The notes under the pieces: generated by a model
What the model saw: the letters and a program-made list of their open reading frames with translations, nothing else
Told to the model about the DNA's origin: nothing
Database searches by the model: none
Made by a program: the position numbers and the translations under genes
Source of the DNA: Setoptus koraiensis
Lineage: Eukaryota; Animalia; Arthropoda
Direction of reading: 5' to 3'
Length of the DNA stretch: 64,000 bases
Assembly (NCBI GenBank): GCA_048013815.1
Contig: CM106586.1
Location: 11,470,001 to 11,534,000, forward strand
Shown here: one piece after another, positions 58,001 to 64,000 of the stretch
Layout: each line of letters starts with the position of its first letter
How positions within the stretch are numbered: the stretch's first letter is position 1

Positions 58001-58835
58001 TCAGCGAAAGATTGGTCTATTATCTATCGCAGACACAGAGATAGATAGATAGAGAGCGAGTTTAAAAATAAAACGGCGTCTATCCCTCATGCCATGCGAC
58101 CCACACAGATTATGCAACAGCATCTGTTTGCGTGCTATATCCATTATCGTTTTTTCAAACACACACACACATATGTCAAGATAGTTAGATACTGCCTGAC
58201 TCAGGCAGCCCGAGTGTGCCTACACACACACAAGCTGGAGCCCGGCTGAAATCGTCTAGTCTAGTCGCGATACCAACGGCGACAACAGCGACAGCGACAA
58301 CAACAGCGACAACGGCAACGCAATAGCGACGACAGCCACGACAAAAAGAGAAAAGAAACAAGCCCTTTTATCACAACCATCTGGCAGCCGTGAATATGTT
58401 GGCTGTTGGGCACTGTAGCCTGACTATCAGTTAGTCGGCACGCGCAGGTGTATTATCTCAATCTAACAATGCCGGTGGGCTCGCTGTTATGCAATGGACG
58501 TAATCTGATCTCATTCAGTTACTGGCATCTGTTCGTTATTGAATATTGAATAAATTACCGGCAATAATTACACTCCACATAATCACTTGCGCTAATCAAT
58601 TGTTTGTGTCACACACACAATATACGGCGAGGCGCGAACTGACGGAAACTGTCGGCGAACTGTCTAAAACTGTCTGTCGACACCTCATAATTGTGCCCAA
58701 AAAGGCTGCCAAGTTCAAGTGTAATAACTCTGCAATTAGTAGCGACTCGCTAGACTCACAAGCCGGACGCGTTTTTATGCGTTGGCCGTAGCCATCACGA
58801 ACCGCATTGCACGTTCGACAACAGCTCGTTAAAAT

Positions 58836-58917
58836 GGTTGGATGGCCGAGTGGTCTAAGGCGCTGGTTTAAGGCACCAGTCTCTTCGGGGGCGTGGGTTC
58901 GAATCCCACTTCAGCCA
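58836..58917 (+). tRNA. tRNA-Leu(AAG): tRNA-Leu(AAG)
   Basis: A box TGGCCGAGTGG, anticodon arm CTGGT-TTAAGGC-ACCAG, long variable arm, B box GGTTCGAATCC, acceptor GGTTGGA/TTCAGCC, T6 Pol III terminator at 58923-58928. Confidence 0.97.
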
Positions 58918-59195
58918 GATAGTTTTTTCGCAAATATCGCGCCCGCACCGAGAATTGTTGACATTGCTCGAGGAATGGGCCGAAAAAAAGATTTGGCCAG
59001 AAAATTCGAAGCACTCGCCAGGGTGTGGGCGCTACTCGGGCGGACATGCCGCCAACTGGACATTTTATGTAGTGCACGTACTGTGTACATGTTTATTTTT
59101 GACACTTTTATTCACGTTATTGACACGATCATTATTATTGCTAATATTATTATTATTATTAGCACTATTACATCATGCGTCTATCATCTCATTCA

Positions 59196-62100
59196 TCAGG
59201 GCGATCGCGAATCGTTGGTTTGATCGTCGGCACTTGAGTAGACCTTCGCTTGGGCCGGGCGCGTTTCGCAAGTGCCCTCGTAGAAGCTGATATCGTCCAG
59301 AGCAAAACCGCCGTCACTTGAGCTGGCCTCATAGCGTATAATAAAATTCGAGTCTGCCTTTATGCTCATCTGGCCATACAACCATTTGCGTCTGTTCACC
59401 TCTGTTATATTCCTCAATGATATGCTCCACAATAGCTGGCCCTTGGCCATTCGCCAAGCGCCCGGGTCAAGTTCGTCGCCTTGATTGTTGCTAGACAACG
59501 AGTCCAGATTAGAATTGATGACAGCACCATTTTGGTTGCTCTGGCCACTTTGGCCACTGTTGAGCGCAGCAATAGACGAGCTGGGATTGGGGCCCGACGA
59601 GGAGCCCGACGATGCGCTGCCGCTGGCGCTTTGTTGATTGTTGCCCGATATAGAACCGGCGCTAGATATACTATTGCCACTTTGTTGATTATTACGCTGA
59701 CCAATGGATGTTGCTGTTGGTGGGCCGGAGCCCGTGCTGCCGCCAGCGCCACCAGGCCCCGCAGAGCCTGCACCGTTGTCGGCGGACGACAATTGCTGTT
59801 GAGACGCCTGGCTCAAGTAGACGCTCAGTCTATTTGAATCTGACCGACCAAAGCCCGCAAACCAAAACGACAAACACATAGCCACTTGCTGACCTTCGCC
59901 CACTGACACCTCGGCGCCCTGTAAGATAAAACTTTGCGTTGCCATTGCGCCGCTGTCTAGTATGTCGACAAACGCATAACCAATTGGGGCCTTATAGGTG
60001 TGATCTTGCAGATTGACCGGCCTTAAGTCAACAGTGGCCAATTGCCAGCCCGATCTCTTCGAGGCTGTTGTTGTTGTTTGTTGTTTGGCGTTGTTATTGT
60101 TATTGTTGCCGGACGTATGCTGTTGTTGACTATTGACCGACTGAAAGAAGGGACTTTTGCTGCTATCTATCAGATAGTCGTTGTTGGCCGCCTCAAACGT
60201 TTTGTTGCTCCACGAGCACATATCAGCGTCAAAGCTACACTCGCCCGCCACAGATTTGGCCTCTTGCGGCAATATGTCACAAGCGCCGTCAAAAATGGTT
60301 ATGTCATCTATGGCTATGGCCCCGCTTGCCGCGTCGCCCCAAACGCCCTCAAAGGCAATCTGAAAGAATTTTGTGGGCGCCACCGGCTGCCCGTCTACAC
60401 TAGTTATAGACAGCATTGCTCTGGCCTGTTTCCAATTGGGCGACGTTATCGGATTTGTCAGGCGCCATATTGGTATTAATTCGCTGTTAGTGGCCAAATA
60501 CACTCTAATGGTGCCCAAATTTGGCCCAGACGGACTAACTGACTTTAAGAACATGTAATAGTAAAAGGACAAACATTGAACATTGTTGCCCAATGCCGCA
60601 TTGTTTCTCGGCTGAAACACCGGGCTCAATAGGAAGGCTCGCGTGCCGCTCTTTGGCTCCCTGTATGTGTTCTCCAGTTTTCAAATAATAACCAAATCTC
60701 TTCTTGAGCGTATGATCAAAATTGGGCCCGTGAATGGTTTGTTCGTCGCCGCTGCGCACCCAATCCAGATCGTCCAAATGAGTGTCGGGCTCGGAGTTTT
60801 TCCAATAGCACATACTCTGCTCAAATGTGCAATCGCCATAATTTTTCGACGCAACTGGTGGACTGGTGGGACAGGCGCCCGACGAAAACGATATCTCGTC
60901 GATGGCTATGTTGCCCAAATGATTTTCGCCAATAGTGCCCTCTATGATCACCTGAAACGGTTGCTTGTTGGACGACACCGACGTCTGTGCCTGATGCCAA
61001 TTGTTTCCGGCGTCGCCGGTCATCTCCCAAATGATCATATCGTTTGCGTTTTTGTTGTCGCCTGTACCGGACGCCTCCGAGTAGCGTATTTTGATGGCCA
61101 AAGTCCCGATGCCGCTGCCGAACATGTGCACGGCAAAGCGCATACACATGGCCTCGTTGATTGTGGTCGGCTGAAACAGCGGACTAATCAAAACGGCCCG
61201 GTCGCCCGGATGGCGCGGATAAGCGGAATCAGTAAACAAGTAGCTGCCCGTGAGCCCATTGTTTGTTGAGCTGATGTAATCTCGCGGCGGTCCAGTGAAT
61301 AGATTGTCTGAACCGCGACCAAAGCTCCAGTCAAAATCGTCCTCGGGCCCGTTCTCGGCGTTCGTCCAGGCGCACAAGTCGCCGTCGAAGTTGCAATGGC
61401 CCCGGCAGGCGCCCTGATTTTGTTGCGGATCGTGCTTGGCCACTGTCACCTCGTCCAGCGCTATGTAACCACGGAATTTTCTTTGTTGCAAATCTTTGGG
61501 CGCATGCATCGAGTTGGAGGCACCAAAAGAAACACTGTGCGCATTGGCCACCGAATACAGCACCTCGCCCAGGGTCCAATTGTTTTGCGCCGATTCTGAC
61601 GACGACCAGATCTGGCGCGACCTTTCGCTCTTGTGATCGTTAACATGAATAATGAGCTCTTCGGCGCTCAGCCCGTGAATAATATACTGAAACGACAGGC
61701 ACATACCGCTGGGCCCCGGCGCCGTCAGATTGGGACTGACAAACGACGTCGACGACAGGCCCCCAACAACCGATATGCTACCCGATGTTACGGGCTGATA
61801 CGGGGACGCACCTATGGGGCCGTGCGGCTGCTGCTGCTGCTGATGCAATAAACGATTAACGCCACTCTGATCCTGCTGACCACTCCTGCCATAAATGTAA
61901 TGGTACGGATTGTCTTGGCGAATGAGCGCGTCGTTGTTGTTGTTGCTGGTGCTGGCGAAACTGATCATGCTAAAATTGTTGCCCGCCTGGCCGACATACG
62001 GATTCGATGTCTCGTAAAATATGTATCCACCCGAACTGTCGTTGCGGCTACTGTCCACGAGAGGGCCGCCTTGGTACAGGGCCAGCTTGCCGCTGCCGTG

Positions 62101-62541
62101 ACTCCATGTTGGGCCCGACTTGCCGCCAATTCCCGGCTGCTTTGGCAATACCTTAAACGAGCACAAGTCCACCTGGTCAGAGGAGCCAAAGTCACATTTG
62201 AAACTGGCCAGGGCCTCCTCTTGTTCGCCTCCGGACGAATTAGTATCGTCGCCCGGCGATGATGCCAACGATGCTGGCGGTGCTGCGGTCGATACCGCGC
62301 TGTCTTGGCGTCGGAATCGCGACGACGAAAATGCAATTTCTTTTTCCTTTTGTGAGCTCCTGTTCGATGGCTCGACAACGGCCATTGGTGTTGACAAGCA
62401 TGCTGACGAAAAAACTAATATCACTGATACTGCAAGCGATAATGTGGTAATCAGGCGCATTGAATGTTGCTTTCTCTTGTAATTGTCGACGTAGATCCTC
62501 CTTTTGGCGCCATCATTCACCATTGTGTTTGTGGTCATCAT
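59196..62541 (-). CDS. Secreted protein with four MAM domains (MAMDC2/MALRD-like); +1 frameshift at 60678-60681
   Basis: Signal peptide from Met at 62460. MAM starts CDFG, CNFDGDLCAW, CTFEQSMCYW, CSFDADMCSW; IAIDEI/FALDDI ends. ORFs 60535-62541 and 59196-60629 join cleanly if one A is removed from TTG AAAA CTG. Confidence 0.88.
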
Positions 62542-63354
62542 GTCGCGCTATTATGTAACGTATTATAATTTCATTCATGTGCGAGTGAGTGTGTGTGTGT
62601 GCCAGCCAGATATCATCAATTCATTGTTTGCTCTTGAGACTGATTGAGAATTAATATTTTCCAACAACTTGTAAGTCTAGTTTTTAGCACGTGCGCTTCT
62701 CGAACAAATAATTGTCGATTAGCTTGCTGCTCTTATGTAATAATGCCAAAACGTATGATGATATTTTGTCTTGGTTAGTTTCGCCTGGTCTGTCTATTGA
62801 GCATTAATGTGAAAGCTTGAAATATGCGACAAGTTTGTTGCCTGTTCAACTCTTTCAGCGCCGTCTCATCGTGTTACGCTTATGTAATAGTTGTTAGCCA
62901 ATGTACTATTACTACGTACAATTTACTTGCGAAGGACATTAGCTCGTCCAAGTTATAATGGTACAGTTGTCGTTGCTGTTGTTTTTTCTACAATAACTTC
63001 CTGGTTCGGTGGTAACTTTCGCTACCACACTAATGGAGAGCTCAGCAGTTTCGCATCTAATCTATACCACTGACTATCAGGTGACCACATGAGCTTGACC
63101 TAAAGTTTCTTCTAATAAAAACCACAAATTACCACTGGACAATACCATGCCAAGCGCATGGAGATAACTCGTGCGTGACATGATACAGTCAGTCAGTTAG
63201 TTAGTCGGCAATTAGTACTTTTGTATAATTATAGTAGTTTAGTTTATTGTATAGTGCGTACTACTATTACTACACTACTTTTGTAGTGATAGTATCCCGC
63301 TGTTTTATTATTATCAGACCCGTTTCTCTAATACAATAGAGCGCAAAAAGTTTT

Positions 63355-64000
63355 TCAGTCTAGGTAGTATATCTCACTGAATGGAAACATCTCTAAGCAG
63401 TTATGTTTTTTTGCAAAATAATACACACAATCTGGATCCATTAGAAACATATAAAGTAAGCTCTCTTTGGCGGATTCTCTCAAACTTGAAGGCTGCTGCT
63501 CGTCTAGATACAGCATGACTACATCAACAACTTTCCACAATGTACTGTAGGCTAGATTAATATGGTAAACCAACAGACCAATCCGTTGCAGCAGTTCATG
63601 TTGACACTTGAAGGGCAATGAAAAAACGTAGGCCTCATTGGACAGGCTGTCTTGGTTCTTACTGTGCCTTAGCTGGGATTTGAGAAAGGCGCACACTTTG
63701 GGTATTACATCGTTTAAAGTTCTTGCTTTTATGAAATCCTTGCTGTATATTGATATTGCCACCATACATTGGTATGAGCATCTCGTCACTTCAAGATTCT
63801 TGTTAAAATCTCTGGTGAGTCCATTGATCAACGGTAACCAAACCGTATGCGCCAATGGCAACAGAATATTCTCCTCTTCTCTGAGTACTCTCATGGCCAA
63901 CGCAATAGTTCTCAGTGAGCATAATTTTATATCCACACAGCGAGAAGACAACAGATGTGCGAATCGTCTGACAATTTTGTCCACCAATTCAATGTGATAC
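63355..64000 (-). CDS. TTI1: TELO2-interacting protein 1, C-terminal part (runs off window)
   Basis: LLPLAHTVW..L..LTRD, DFIKAR..DVIPK, FKCQ.ELLQ, YL...QP..L.ESA and MDPDCVYY match the TTI1 C-terminus; frame open to window end. Confidence 0.88.
   Translation of the reverse strand, partial: YHIELVDKIVRRFAHLLSSRCVDIKLCSLRTIALAMRVLREEENILLPLAHTVWLPLINGLTRDFNKNLEVTRCSYQCMVAISIYSKDFIKARTLNDVIPKVCAFLKSQLRHSKNQDSLSNEAYVFSLPFKCQHELLQRIGLLVYHINLAYSTLWKVVDVVMLYLDEQQPSSLRESAKESLLYMFLMDPDCVYYFAKKHNCLEMFPFSEIYYLD

Noticed and set aside
58278-58343. GCGACA(A) degenerate repeats, considered as a CRISPR-like or satellite array
   Set aside because: Short irregular microsatellite-like run without spacers; eukaryotic context.
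55100-58800. Numerous 60-125 aa ORFs upstream of WDFY3
   Set aside because: Low-complexity or GC-rich noncoding appearance, no domains, and no known miRNA or snRNA recognised by eye.

Overview
Eukaryotic, gene-dense, intron-poor DNA with arthropod-type housekeeping genes. Very long single-exon ORFs, a few 74-102 nt introns and short intergenic spaces suggest a miniaturised mite genome such as an eriophyoid (inference only). Genes in order: a divergent R-SMAD; an orphan secreted protein with a deleted duplicate; WDR1/AIP1; AP-4 and E2F4/5 tail-to-tail; TMED9; ATIC (5 introns); SRP14; a two-RRM RBM28; a ~4.9 kb low-complexity block that is probably an assembly artefact; a C2H2 zinc-finger gene; INTS7; PGLS; TAX1BP3; KCTD3; two tandem serine proteases; an ABCC/MRP pseudogene with a Helentron-like insert; ABCG; an 11.85 kb intronless WDFY3 lacking its FYVE domain; tRNA-Leu(AAG); a frameshifted 4-MAM secreted protein; and the 3' end of TTI1. 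The most striking observation is that the unrelated AP-4 and E2F genes share a homologous ~500 bp promoter, leader and start region in inverted orientation, including an identical 25-bp E2F-site element and the same MDSM start. This points to promoter capture. All identifications come from reading the sequence and recalled family motifs; no searches were run.
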